Below are positions 49,653 through 58,704 of a stretch of DNA of 64,000 nt, in pieces. Every line of letters starts with the position of its first letter. The first letter of the stretch is position 1. This stretch comes from Candidatus Omnitrophota bacterium. GTDB taxonomy: Bacteria > Omnitrophota > Gorgyraeia > JABMRJ01. Under the pieces are notes generated by a model. The model had not been told where the DNA came from, ran no database searches, and was given only the letters and a program-made list of their open reading frames with translations. The translations under genes and the position numbers were made by a program. The stretch spans positions 2,037 to 66,036 of the forward strand of contig JADHWH010000002.1 of the NCBI GenBank assembly GCA_016783555.1, read 5' to 3'.

Positions 49653-50263
49653 TGAGAGGGATATTCGTTACGGGGACAGATACGGGTGTCGGCAAGACCG
49701 TGGTTACGGGATTATTGGCGCGGTATCTTTCTGACGGAGGATATAGCGTTATTACGCAGAAGTGGATAGAGACAGGCAGCAAAGGCTTTTCGAAAGATAT
49801 AGATATGCACCTTAAACTGATGGGAAAGAGAAGGAAGGATATAAAAGATTTTCTGCCTCACGTATCTCCTTATGTATTTAAGTTCGCCTCATCGCCGCAC
49901 CTCGCGGCGAAGCTTGAAAGAGAGAGGATTAATAAAGATAAGATTAAAAAGAGTTTTAGGGTTTTGCAAAAGAGACATGACTTTGTAATAGTAGAAGGGG
50001 TAGGAGGCGCGCTGGTTCCTTATAACGAGAAGAGATTGGTTATAGATATAGCAAAGGAGCTTAAATTGCCCGTCATAGTCGTTGCGGAAAATAGATTGGG
50101 CGCTATTAATCACACGCTGCTTACAATCGAGGCGATAAAAGCGAGAAAGATGAAAGTAGTAGGGGTAATATTCAATGATTGGCGGGGAAAGACCGATAGA
50201 AAAATCCTTAAGGATAATATACGCATAATAAAAAAATGGATAGCTGGATTAAAAAAGATCTAA
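49652..50263 (+). CDS. bioD: dethiobiotin synthase
   Basis: FVTGTDTGVGKT, SPHLAA, VEGVGG, LGAINHTLL. Confidence 0.96.
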   Translation: MRGIFVTGTDTGVGKTVVTGLLARYLSDGGYSVITQKWIETGSKGFSKDIDMHLKLMGKRRKDIKDFLPHVSPYVFKFASSPHLAAKLERERINKDKIKKSFRVLQKRHDFVIVEGVGGALVPYNEKRLVIDIAKELKLPVIVVAENRLGAINHTLLTIEAIKARKMKVVGVIFNDWRGKTDRKILKDNIRIIKKWIAGLKKI

Positions 50264-51582
50264 AGCATATATGGCATCCCTATACGCAGATGAAGGATTG
50301 CAAGATACTTCCTCCTATTCTTATAGAGAAAGCCAGAGGGCTTAAGCTCTATGATAATAAAGGCAGTTTCTATTACGACACAATCTCAAGCTGGTGGTGC
50401 AATGTCCACGGCCATAATCATCCCAGGATAAAGAATGCCATAAAAAGGCAGCTCGATTCTTTAGACCACGTATTATTTGCCGGATTTACGCACAAGCCGG
50501 CGATACTCCTGGCCGAGAGGCTCATCTCTATAACCCCGGGAAACCTTAAGAAGGTATTTTTTTCCGATAACGGTTCTACGGCGGTTGAGACCGCCCTCAA
50601 GATGTCATTTCAATATTGGCAGAATTCGGGCAGGGAAAAAAAGAAAAATTTCATCTCTTTGGATTATGGCTATCACGGCGATACTATAGCAGCTATGTCG
50701 GTAAGCGGCGTGGATCTATTTAACGAAATATTCGCGCCGTTATTTTTTAAATCTTATAAAATACCCTCTCCTTATTGCTATCGATGCCCGATGAAGAAGA
50801 AGAGGACCTTTTGCGATATAGAGTGCATAGGACCGTTAGAGAGGTTATTGCGAAGAAGGAATTCTGAAATCGCAGCTATAATTATAGAGCCGCTCGTTTT
50901 GGCGGCAGGCGGCATGATAGTATACCCTAAGGAATATTTAAAGAGAGCAGCGCATCTCGCAAGAAAATACAACGTCCACCTAATACTGGATGAAGTTGCT
51001 ACCGGCTTCGGCAGGACCGGCAAGATGTTCGCATGCGAACATGCAAAGGTCAAACCGGACTTTATGTGCCTTTCAAAAGGCATAACTGCAGGCTTTCTTC
51101 CGTTAGGGGCGACATTGACCACAGATGAGATATACGGCGCCTTTTATGATGATTATAAGAAGGGAAAGACTTTCTACCACGGCCACACTTATACGGCTAA
51201 TCCCATCTCATGCTCGGCGGCGCTGGCCAGCCTCGACGTCTTTAAAAGGGAAGATACCCTAAGGAAGGCGGAGGGGCTCATATCGATATTTCATAATAGG
51301 CTTGAGAGGTTTCGCGGCCTTGATATAGTGGGGGATGTAAGATGCATAGGCATGATAGGGGCGCTTGAGCTGGTTAGGGATAAAAAGGGCAAAAAAAAGT
51401 TCGGCATTAACGAGAGAATCGGATTGAGGATTTATAAGAAGGGATTAAGAGAGAGCCTTATACTGCGGCCGCTTGGGGATATTGTATATTTCTATCTTCC
51501 GTTCTCTATAACAAAAGACGAGATAGGTGTTATTGTAGATAAGACATTTGATATTATAAAAAACGAAAGAAGCGTGAGATAA
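50236..51582 (+). CDS. bioA: adenosylmethionine-8-amino-7-oxononanoate transaminase
   Basis: WHPYTQM, SSWW..VHGH, YHGDT, DEVATGFGRTG, SKGIT. Confidence 0.97.
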   Translation: MDSWIKKDLKHIWHPYTQMKDCKILPPILIEKARGLKLYDNKGSFYYDTISSWWCNVHGHNHPRIKNAIKRQLDSLDHVLFAGFTHKPAILLAERLISITPGNLKKVFFSDNGSTAVETALKMSFQYWQNSGREKKKNFISLDYGYHGDTIAAMSVSGVDLFNEIFAPLFFKSYKIPSPYCYRCPMKKKRTFCDIECIGPLERLLRRRNSEIAAIIIEPLVLAAGGMIVYPKEYLKRAAHLARKYNVHLILDEVATGFGRTGKMFACEHAKVKPDFMCLSKGITAGFLPLGATLTTDEIYGAFYDDYKKGKTFYHGHTYTANPISCSAALASLDVFKREDTLRKAEGLISIFHNRLERFRGLDIVGDVRCIGMIGALELVRDKKGKKKFGINERIGLRIYKKGLRESLILRPLGDIVYFYLPFSITKDEIGVIVDKTFDIIKNERSVR

Positions 51583-51669
51583 TAAAAGAAGCGTTTGCCA
51601 GATTGAGATTAACCTTGAGATATTTCGGCGCATAAGATATAATAATAAAACTAAAATCAGGAGCAAGAT

Positions 51670-51903
51670 ATGACGGTAGATTTAACACAGGTAAGGCCGG
51701 GAGAAAGCGGCATTGTAGCGGATATTCAAGGCGGCCACGGTATGACAGAGAGAGTCCAGGCCATGGGTGTAAGGCCGGGAAAGAGAATAACCAAGATCAG
51801 CTCGCATTTCTGGAGGGGGCCGCAGACCGTGCAGGTCGATAATACCCAAGTTGCCATAGGCTTTGGTATGGCGAGAAGGATTTTAATAGAAGTCGAGAGA
51901 TGA
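51670..51903 (+). CDS. feoA: ferrous iron transport protein A
   Basis: SH3-like MGVRPG, GP..V......AIG..MA; promoter TTGAGA-17-TATAAT at 51615-51643. Confidence 0.9.
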   Translation: MTVDLTQVRPGESGIVADIQGGHGMTERVQAMGVRPGKRITKISSHFWRGPQTVQVDNTQVAIGFGMARRILIEVER

Positions 51904-51904
51904 A

Positions 51905-51952
51905 CCCCGTTAGACCTAATAAGAGGTCGACGGGGCGGGAGGTCTAACGGGG
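51905..51952. mobile_element. 48-bp miniature IR element at the feoA/feoB junction
   Basis: Terminal IR CCCCGTTAGACCT/AGGTCTAACGGGG; flanking TGAA duplication (51901-04, 51953-56). Confidence 0.75.
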
Positions 51953-53670
51953 TGAAAGAGATAAATAAGATATTATTGATGGGTAATCCTAACGTGGGGA
52001 AGAGCGCCATATTCTCCAGGCTTACAGGCGCTAAGGTGGTGATCTCTAACTATCCCGGCACAACGGTGGAATTTACCCAGGGCCATGTGAAGATTGACGG
52101 CGCGAGGCCCATGATAATAGACGTTCCCGGGACTTATACATTGGAGCCAACCAGCAAGGCCGAAGAGGTAGCCGTCCAGATGTTAAAGGAGGGAGACTTC
52201 GTTATTAACATCGTCGATGCTACGAACCTCGAGAGAAATCTTTATCTTACATTACAGCTTATAGAGAAAGGTATTCCCCTCGTTGTGGCTTTAAATATGT
52301 GGGATGAGACGAAGCACCAGGGGATAGAGATAGATATTAAGAGGCTGGAAGAGAGATTGGGTGTGTCGATAGTCCCCACCTGCGGCCTTACGGGGGAAGG
52401 GATAAGAGAGCTTGTAGCCCGCATATCGGAAGCAAGGCCTTTAAAGAGACACCTCTTTACGGAGAGAAAGAAATGGGAGAGCATAGGAAGAATAGTTAAT
52501 GAGGTCCAGCGGCTTACCCACCACCACCATACATTCTTGCAGAGACTGGAGGAGTTAAGCATAAAACCTGTTACGGGGCTGCCTATAGCGGCGGGTGTTA
52601 TGTTCTGCGCGTTTTTAATTATCCGTTTTATAGGCGAAGGCTTAATAGGCTATCTATTTGAGCCTCTGTTTAATAATATATGGCTTCCAGTGATGACGAG
52701 ACTAAGCTTGATATTAGGCGGAGAGACATTTTTGCACCATATATTTATAGGCAAACTTATTAATGGCGGGATAGATTTCGGGCAGTCCTTCGGGCTTTTT
52801 ACCACAGGGTTATTTGTGCCTATAGCCATGGTCTTACCGTATCTATTCAGTTTCTATTTAGTATTGGGACTCCTGGAAGACTTCGGCTATCTGCCGCGCC
52901 TTGCCGTACTGCTCGACAATCTTATGCATCGAATGGGGCTTCACGGATATGCTATAATACCGCTCATCCTGGGATTGGGCTGCAATGTCCCTGGGGCCTT
53001 AGCCACCAGGTTATTGGAAGGAAAGAGGGAGAAGTTTATCGCGGCGACTTTGATGGCGGTCGCCGTTCCCTGTATGGCCCAGATTGCCATGATTGTAGGA
53101 TTGGTAGGCGAGAGGGGAGGAAGGTATCTAGCCATTGTATTCGGCACGCTTTTTTTGGTTTTAATCATAAAGGGGCTTATTTTAAATAGAGTCATGAAAG
53201 GCCCGAGTCCCGAGATACTGGTTGAGATCCCCCCGTATAGAATCCCTCAGCCTATTGCGGTTGTAAAAAAAGTCTGGATGCGCGTCTTTGGTTTCTTGAA
53301 AGAGGCCCTTCCTTACGTGCTTTTAGGCATACTCTTTGTTAATGTCCTCCATGTGCTAAAGATCATAGATTATCTCGCAAGACTATTCAGTCCGCTCGTA
53401 ACAAATGTGTGGGGGCTTCCAAAAGAGGCGATATCGGCGCTTATTATCGGGTTCTTGAGGAAGGATGTCGCTGTCGGAATGCTGGGGCCGCTTGACCTTA
53501 CTACCAAACAGCTTGTCATAGGCTCTACGGTCCTGGCCATCTACTTTCCCTGCATTGCCACTTTTGCTGTATTGGTGCGCGAGTTGGGCATAAGGGATAT
53601 GTTGAAATCAGCCGCTATCATGATTGGCGTGGCGCTATTGGTAGGAGGATTGCTTAATATAATATTGTAA
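51952..53670 (+). CDS. feoB: ferrous iron transporter B
   Basis: GNPNVGKS, NYPGTT, DVPG.Y, NMWD, LED.GYLPR, GCNVP, YFPC. Confidence 0.95.
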   Translation: MKEINKILLMGNPNVGKSAIFSRLTGAKVVISNYPGTTVEFTQGHVKIDGARPMIIDVPGTYTLEPTSKAEEVAVQMLKEGDFVINIVDATNLERNLYLTLQLIEKGIPLVVALNMWDETKHQGIEIDIKRLEERLGVSIVPTCGLTGEGIRELVARISEARPLKRHLFTERKKWESIGRIVNEVQRLTHHHHTFLQRLEELSIKPVTGLPIAAGVMFCAFLIIRFIGEGLIGYLFEPLFNNIWLPVMTRLSLILGGETFLHHIFIGKLINGGIDFGQSFGLFTTGLFVPIAMVLPYLFSFYLVLGLLEDFGYLPRLAVLLDNLMHRMGLHGYAIIPLILGLGCNVPGALATRLLEGKREKFIAATLMAVAVPCMAQIAMIVGLVGERGGRYLAIVFGTLFLVLIIKGLILNRVMKGPSPEILVEIPPYRIPQPIAVVKKVWMRVFGFLKEALPYVLLGILFVNVLHVLKIIDYLARLFSPLVTNVWGLPKEAISALIIGFLRKDVAVGMLGPLDLTTKQLVIGSTVLAIYFPCIATFAVLVRELGIRDMLKSAAIMIGVALLVGGLLNIIL

Positions 53671-53673
53671 GCT

Positions 53674-54882
53674 CTACTCTTTTATAGGTCTTTCTTTCAG
53701 GGGTTTAAATGCATAACCGCTGTCGGCAGAAGGAAGGCCCGCCGCAGGCTCAACCAGCAGGAAATCACCCTTTTTAATCCATTCTTTCAATGTCTTTGCA
53801 ATCTCAAGCGCTTTCGGGTAACTGGAAAGCGGAGCCGTGGGCACATCCCTGCCCTGAACCTTTATTGTGCCGCTTTTAAGCTCTTCATAATTGACTTCAC
53901 CCAGACTCCCGGATTTCCCCTGCGGATAATCTTGACCATAATCGACTATCTGTGCCCATATCTCTTTATCGCTTACGGCGGTATATCGGCATATCTCCTC
54001 GTTTAGTATCGGGATGGGGATACCTATACCTATGGTAAGCGTTACGCCATATCCCTGGAAGGAGGTTCCCACCAGATATTTGGGCGACATATTCTTTAGA
54101 TCTCCCAATAGGGCCAATGTGCCTGCCGGTACTTGAGGCACGCCGTTACCCTTGCGCTTAACACCGGGGTTATGCTGCGTGCCGTGCCAGACGATATAAC
54201 CTACACCGCCGCCCAAAAATACCCTTGTCCCTATGCCGATAGTCTTATAGTAGGGGTCGTTTAAGAGGGGAGAAAGCTGTCCGGCAGAACAGTAATTGGC
54301 ATTGCCTAAGTGGGGTTTTAGCGCGCCCATGTAGGTATAGATAATTTTGTCAGAGAGGTTTACCGCTGCGTTGTAATTCTGGTAGACGTTTCTGGGATTA
54401 AACAAGACCGCCTCGTTTAAATCCTTTATGTTAATAAGAGTCTCGAGCTTCTTTCTGGGATAGCAGTCGGTGCCGTAGGTGGTAGCGGTCAGCTTCAGGT
54501 CTTTTCCCGCTACCAAGTCCTGTATTACGTGGGCGCCGCCGTATTTGAATTCTCCCGGATAGACTTTGTTTCTGGGATCATCGTCAGGCAGGATGGTGGC
54601 GCCGACATAAATGTCAACCGCGGCAAAACCGCCATACGCAGGGACGTCATTTATATATACCTTACCTCCGCCCAGCTTGATCTTCGGTTTGGAGTGGCCT
54701 GTATTGAAATAAGCGCCGGATGAGCACATAGGCCCGAATGTGCCTGTAGTAACTATATCGACTTCCTCAGCCGCCTGCTTCGACCCCTTCTTATTGACGA
54801 TTTCTATTATCTCTTCCGCTGTCGCAACTACTACTTTACCTTTTTTAATCTTTTCATTAATCTCTTTTATGGTCTTGGCCAT
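53674..54882 (-). CDS. DUF39 homocysteine biosynthesis protein (aspartate-semialdehyde sulfurtransferase-like)
   Basis: KTI.EIN.KI, VDIVTTGTFGPMCSSG, YGTDCYP, NPRN.YQNY, AGQLSPL.NDP. Confidence 0.85.
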   Translation of the reverse strand: MAKTIKEINEKIKKGKVVVATAEEIIEIVNKKGSKQAAEEVDIVTTGTFGPMCSSGAYFNTGHSKPKIKLGGGKVYINDVPAYGGFAAVDIYVGATILPDDDPRNKVYPGEFKYGGAHVIQDLVAGKDLKLTATTYGTDCYPRKKLETLINIKDLNEAVLFNPRNVYQNYNAAVNLSDKIIYTYMGALKPHLGNANYCSAGQLSPLLNDPYYKTIGIGTRVFLGGGVGYIVWHGTQHNPGVKRKGNGVPQVPAGTLALLGDLKNMSPKYLVGTSFQGYGVTLTIGIGIPIPILNEEICRYTAVSDKEIWAQIVDYGQDYPQGKSGSLGEVNYEELKSGTIKVQGRDVPTAPLSSYPKALEIAKTLKEWIKKGDFLLVEPAAGLPSADSGYAFKPLKERPIKE

Positions 54883-54938
54883 CACAACCTCCGCTTAGGT
54901 TTATTATACAACAAATTGTTATTACGTCACTAAAAAAA

Positions 54939-55880
54939 TTATCCTCTAAAAGGCCATGTGCTTAAGTATCGTTCCCCCGTATCCGGCAGTATAAGAACGA
55001 TCATCTTGCCTCTATTTTCAGGCCTCCCGGCTACTTCTATAGCCGCCCATGCTGCCGCGCCGCTTGATATACCTGCAAATATCCCTTCCTCCCTGGCCAG
55101 TCTTCCGGCAAGCCTGCCTGCGTCATCGTTTGTGACTTTTATAATCTCGTCAATTATCTTTGTGTTCAAGATCTTAGGAATGAATCCGGCTCCTATGCCT
55201 TGAATTTTGTGCGGTCCAGGCTTTTCGCCTGATAAGACGGGAGAATCTGCCGGTTCGACAGCCACCGCTTTAAACTCCGGCTTCTTCTTCTTTATGGCTT
55301 CGGCTACCCCCGTAATAGTGCCTCCCGTGCCGACACCGCTTACCAAGATGTCAACCTTGCCGTCCGTATCCCGCCATATCTCCTCGGCTGTAGTCTCTCT
55401 ATGTATTTTAGTATTGGCCGGATTATTAAATTGCTGGGGCACAAAGGTATCAGGGTTATCTCTTGCCAGTTCTTCAGCCTTCTTAACCGCTCCGAGCATA
55501 CCTTCATGGCCGGGCGTCAATACTAGTTCAGCGCCTAATATAGATAGTAAATGCCTGCGCTCAACAGACATAGTATCCGGCATCGTCAGGATTAAGTGGT
55601 AACCCCTTGCCGCGCAGACGAAGGCGAGGGCGATGCCGGTGTTTCCGCTGGTAGGTTCTATTATAATTGTATTCTTCTTTATCAGTCCCCTGTCCTCCGC
55701 ATCGCGAATCATAGATACGCCTATCCTGTCTTTTATGCTGGAAAGGGGGTTGAATGATTCAAGCTTGGCAATTACCTCCGCTTTCAAGCCCTCGGTTATC
55801 CTGTTTAATCTTACCAGCGGCGTGTTTCCTATTAATTCGGTTACGTCTTTGGCTATCTTTGGCATATTTTCCTCCGGCAT
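54939..55880 (-). CDS. cysK: cysteine synthase A
   Basis: IGNTPLV, SIKDR, PTSGNTG, GVGTGGT, HKIQGIG, GISSG. Confidence 0.96.
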   Translation of the reverse strand: MPEENMPKIAKDVTELIGNTPLVRLNRITEGLKAEVIAKLESFNPLSSIKDRIGVSMIRDAEDRGLIKKNTIIIEPTSGNTGIALAFVCAARGYHLILTMPDTMSVERRHLLSILGAELVLTPGHEGMLGAVKKAEELARDNPDTFVPQQFNNPANTKIHRETTAEEIWRDTDGKVDILVSGVGTGGTITGVAEAIKKKKPEFKAVAVEPADSPVLSGEKPGPHKIQGIGAGFIPKILNTKIIDEIIKVTNDDAGRLAGRLAREEGIFAGISSGAAAWAAIEVAGRPENRGKMIVLILPDTGERYLSTWPFRG

Positions 55881-56323
55881 TAAATATTATAAATTAAAGA
55901 GGTCTCGAGTTTCTCCTTCCGGCGCCCTAGCAGATCCTGAAGGGTTATAGATTCCAGGGTGCGGGTTATATTCTCTTTCAGCTCTTTCCATACGTCTATG
56001 GTAATACAGTAATTAGTCCTATGGCAGAGGGCGGGGTTGTCGACGCATCTTACCGGCGCCAGCGACCCCTCCATTGTCTCCACTATATCTTTTAAGTTTA
56101 TTTTAGATGGGGATTTTGCAAGGGCATACCCGCCATGCGCTCCACGGCCCGAAGTCACCAGGCCCGCTGCTTTAAGAGGAGGCAGAAGGTGTTCCAGATA
56201 ACCTACAGATATCTCCTGTCTCCTGGCGATATCTTTCAATAAGATATTGCCCTTGCCATAATGTGAGGCGAGATCTATCATTAATCTCGCGCCATACCGC
56301 GATTTAGTTGAGAGTCGCATCAT
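55880..56323 (-). CDS. Rrf2 family regulator (IscR/CymR-like, three Cys)
   Basis: [21 protein letters not shown]-x6-C-x5-C. Confidence 0.92.
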   Translation of the reverse strand: MMRLSTKSRYGARLMIDLASHYGKGNILLKDIARRQEISVGYLEHLLPPLKAAGLVTSGRGAHGGYALAKSPSKINLKDIVETMEGSLAPVRCVDNPALCHRTNYCITIDVWKELKENITRTLESITLQDLLGRRKEKLETSLIYNI

Positions 56324-56344
56324 TACTATTTACCTCCGGTTACA

Positions 56345-56404
56345 ATAACCTACTAATCTTATTAGATTAATAGGAATTATATATCAATGGGTAAGGTTTG
56401 TCAA
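56345..56404 (-). promoter_or_regulatory. consensus sigma70 promoter with candidate Rrf2 operator
   Basis: Minus strand TTGACA (56404-56399)-17-TATAAT (56381-56376); overlapping IscR-type dyads ATAACCTACTAATCTTATTAGATTAATAGGAATTAT over the start site. Confidence 0.7.
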
Positions 56405-56414
56405 GAATTTTTTT

Positions 56415-56494
56415 ATAAAATTTTACTTTAAAGATCCTTCGCCCTATAGGCCTCAGGATCAAGTCAAATTTGCTGATGCAAATTTGACTTGACA
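56415..56494 (+). repeat. direct repeat copy 1 (50 bp) plus hairpin ending in TTGACA
   Basis: 56415-56464 matches 57149-57198 at 49/50; TCAAGTCAAATTTGC-TGAT-GCAAATTTGACTTGA. Confidence 0.85.
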
Positions 56495-56555
56495 AATATA
56501 GCTAATACAGCTAATTTATTATAACTGCCACAAAGACATAGATGAGGTCTAGGAT

Positions 56556-57113
56556 ATGGGCTACGCCCAAGCTGTAGAAAAGGCATGGAATGATATTACG
56601 GCTTTAGCCGGAGATAACAAATATTCAGTAAAATTTTTAGCAGATACTTACGATGTGGATCTGGATAAAAGAGAGGTCATCTCTCTATCCTGCAACACGC
56701 CTGCAAAAGAATATATAATTGTACTTCTATTGCACTACCTTAAAAAGAGGCTCAAGCTTAAGATCCTGCCTGCGCCTACAGGGGAATGGATAAATTTCAA
56801 GCAGCTTGAAGGAGGTGACGGGTATTACCCCGCCTTTAAAAAGCGAACCATAGATGTCGTATTAAGGAAATACCGAGCCAATCCACAGGCCATACTGGAT
56901 TTAATCGGCCGTTTTTGCGCAAAGAGGGTCCAGATAGGGGATCTCGGGGTTGTTATAGAGGCCTTAGAAAAAGTACCTATCCTTATAACCTTATGGAAAG
57001 GGGATGAAGAATTCGGCCCTGAGGCAAATATACTATTCGATGCCGGCATAGCCGAGATATTCTGCACCGAGGATATAGTAGTGCTTACCGAATTCCTGGT
57101 CCATTTACTGTGA
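56556..57113 (+). CDS. DUF3786 family protein
   Basis: LLLHYL, GEWI.F..L.GG..Y...F, LWKGDEEF...ANILFD, TED. Confidence 0.82.
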   Translation: MGYAQAVEKAWNDITALAGDNKYSVKFLADTYDVDLDKREVISLSCNTPAKEYIIVLLLHYLKKRLKLKILPAPTGEWINFKQLEGGDGYYPAFKKRTIDVVLRKYRANPQAILDLIGRFCAKRVQIGDLGVVIEALEKVPILITLWKGDEEFGPEANILFDAGIAEIFCTEDIVVLTEFLVHLL

Positions 57114-57148
57114 GCGCTGGCGGGGGTTGCCTCCGCTTAAATTTTTAA

Positions 57149-57227
57149 ATAAAATTTTACTTTAAAGATCCTTCGCCCTATAGGGCTCAGGATCAAGTTA
57201 ATTGTTTAAATAAAAATTAACTTGACA
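57149..57227 (+). repeat. direct repeat copy 2 (50 bp) plus hairpin ending in TTGACA
   Basis: Matches copy 1; TCAAGTTAATT...AATTAACTTGA. Confidence 0.85.
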
Positions 57228-57251
57228 TAATGATACTAATATGGTATCATT
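57222..57251 (+). promoter_or_regulatory. sigma70 promoter with 11-1-11 Rrf2-type operator
   Basis: TTGACA-17-TATCAT; AATGATACTAA-T-ATGGTATCATT (57229-57251). Confidence 0.75.
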
Positions 57252-57282
57252 TAAAAGGAAGCAAAAAAGAGGGAGGTAAACA

Positions 57283-57360
57283 ATGCATCTCGGAATAAGA
57301 TATATGTTGAGGCCGGTTGCGCACTGCAAAGAAGGGTGTTGTAGCAAGTCCCGGGCATGA
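57283..57360 (+). CDS. putative Cys-rich leader peptide (25 aa; 27 aa to 57366 if UGA is recoded)
   Basis: Strong SD GGAGGT; MHLGIRYMLRPVAHCKEGCCSKSRA-TGA-CGT-TAA; first ORF of the transcript. Confidence 0.65.
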   Translation: MHLGIRYMLRPVAHCKEGCCSKSRA

Positions 57361-57448
57361 CGTTAAACCGCCCCTAGCACTATGATTGCGCCGCTCGCTT
57401 CTTTAATATGCAAAATAAGCAAGCGGCGCAAAACATGGGGGAATTATT

Positions 57449-57862
57449 ATGAAACTTATTACGCGAGATACGGATTATGCGATAAGGGCCATGTGTGTTA
57501 TCGCTAAGCGGAAAGATAAGGTGGTCTCTGTCAAAGACTTGACCGATTACCTCAAGGTTCCGAGACCGTTTTTAAGGAAGATACTACAGATTTTAAATAA
57601 AAGAGGACTGCTAAAATCATATAAAGGTATAGGCGGCGGTTTTACGATAGCTCTTTCGCCGAAGAAGATATCATTAGTTAAATTAATAGAGGTCTTCCAG
57701 GGGCCGATAAGACTTAGTGAGCATAAATTAAAGAAGAAGATCTGTCCAGAGGCCAAGATCTGCCTTTTAAAAAAGAGATTGGATAATATTGAGAAGTACG
57801 TTAAGGCTAGATTAGAAGCCATTACATTAGAGACTTTGATTGAGGAAGCAGGGAGGATTTAG
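57449..57862 (+). CDS. Rrf2 family transcriptional regulator
   Basis: TRDTDYA, FLRKILQ.L, KG.GGGF; H-x6-C-x5-C ligand region. Confidence 0.9.
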   Translation: MKLITRDTDYAIRAMCVIAKRKDKVVSVKDLTDYLKVPRPFLRKILQILNKRGLLKSYKGIGGGFTIALSPKKISLVKLIEVFQGPIRLSEHKLKKKICPEAKICLLKKRLDNIEKYVKARLEAITLETLIEEAGRI

Positions 57863-57864
57863 AG

Positions 57865-58704
57865 ATGGCAAAGAGGAAGATTATAAAGATCGATGAAGAT
57901 AAATGCAACGGCTGTGGGCTCTGTATACCGAACTGCCCAGAAGGGGCCTTACAGCTAATAGACGATAAGGCGCGCCTTATAAGCGATCTCTTCTGTGACG
58001 GGTTGGGTGCCTGCATCGGCCACTGCCCCGAAGGCGCTATTACTATAGAGGAAAGAGAAGCCGAGCCGTATAACGAAAAGAGGGTCATGGAGAATATAGC
58101 CAAACAGGGAAAGAATACTATAAAAGCGCATCTGGAGCATCTTAAGGAACATGGCGAAAACATTTATCTTAACGAAGCGATACAGGCCTTGAAAGATAAA
58201 GGTATAGAAGTCCCTGACTTGGAAAAGGGACCCGCCGGCGCGCATACACACCATGGAGATTCTTCTGAATGCCCCGGCTCGAAGATGGTGGAATTAAGAC
58301 CAAAGGCCGGCAAAGATAAACCGGGAGCCAAAGGAATGCCGCAATTAAGACAGTGGCCGGTCCAGATAATGCTTGTGCGGCCGTCCGCGCCGTATTTAAA
58401 CAACGCAGACCTTTTAATAGCGGCCGATTGCGTTCCGTTTGCTTATGCGGATTTCCATCGCGATTTACTGAAAGGCAAGGTTTTGCTTGTAGGCTGTCCT
58501 AAACTGGATGACATTGGATTTTATAAAGATAGGTTTACAGAAATTTTTAAAAACAATCATATAAAATCTGTGACGTATGCCCACATGGAAGTTCCATGCT
58601 GTTCTGGTATGATAAAGGCCGTTGAATCGGCTATTTCTCTATCGGGTAAAAAAATCCCCTTCAAAGAGATTACTATAAGCATAAAGGGAGAGAGGCTAAA
58701 ATGA
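57865..58704 (+). CDS. 4Fe-4S dicluster-binding protein with Cys-rich C-terminal domain
   Basis: CNGCGLC...CPEG, CDGLGAC...CP, CPGS, QWPVQ, AADC, GCPKLD, MEVPCC. Confidence 0.85.
   Translation: MAKRKIIKIDEDKCNGCGLCIPNCPEGALQLIDDKARLISDLFCDGLGACIGHCPEGAITIEEREAEPYNEKRVMENIAKQGKNTIKAHLEHLKEHGENIYLNEAIQALKDKGIEVPDLEKGPAGAHTHHGDSSECPGSKMVELRPKAGKDKPGAKGMPQLRQWPVQIMLVRPSAPYLNNADLLIAADCVPFAYADFHRDLLKGKVLLVGCPKLDDIGFYKDRFTEIFKNNHIKSVTYAHMEVPCCSGMIKAVESAISLSGKKIPFKEITISIKGERLK

Noticed and set aside
57361-57431. Canonical bacterial SECIS or intrinsic terminator after the leader UGA
   Set aside because: No typical SECIS stem at the expected distance is visible and the large hairpin has no U-tract, so neither is called.
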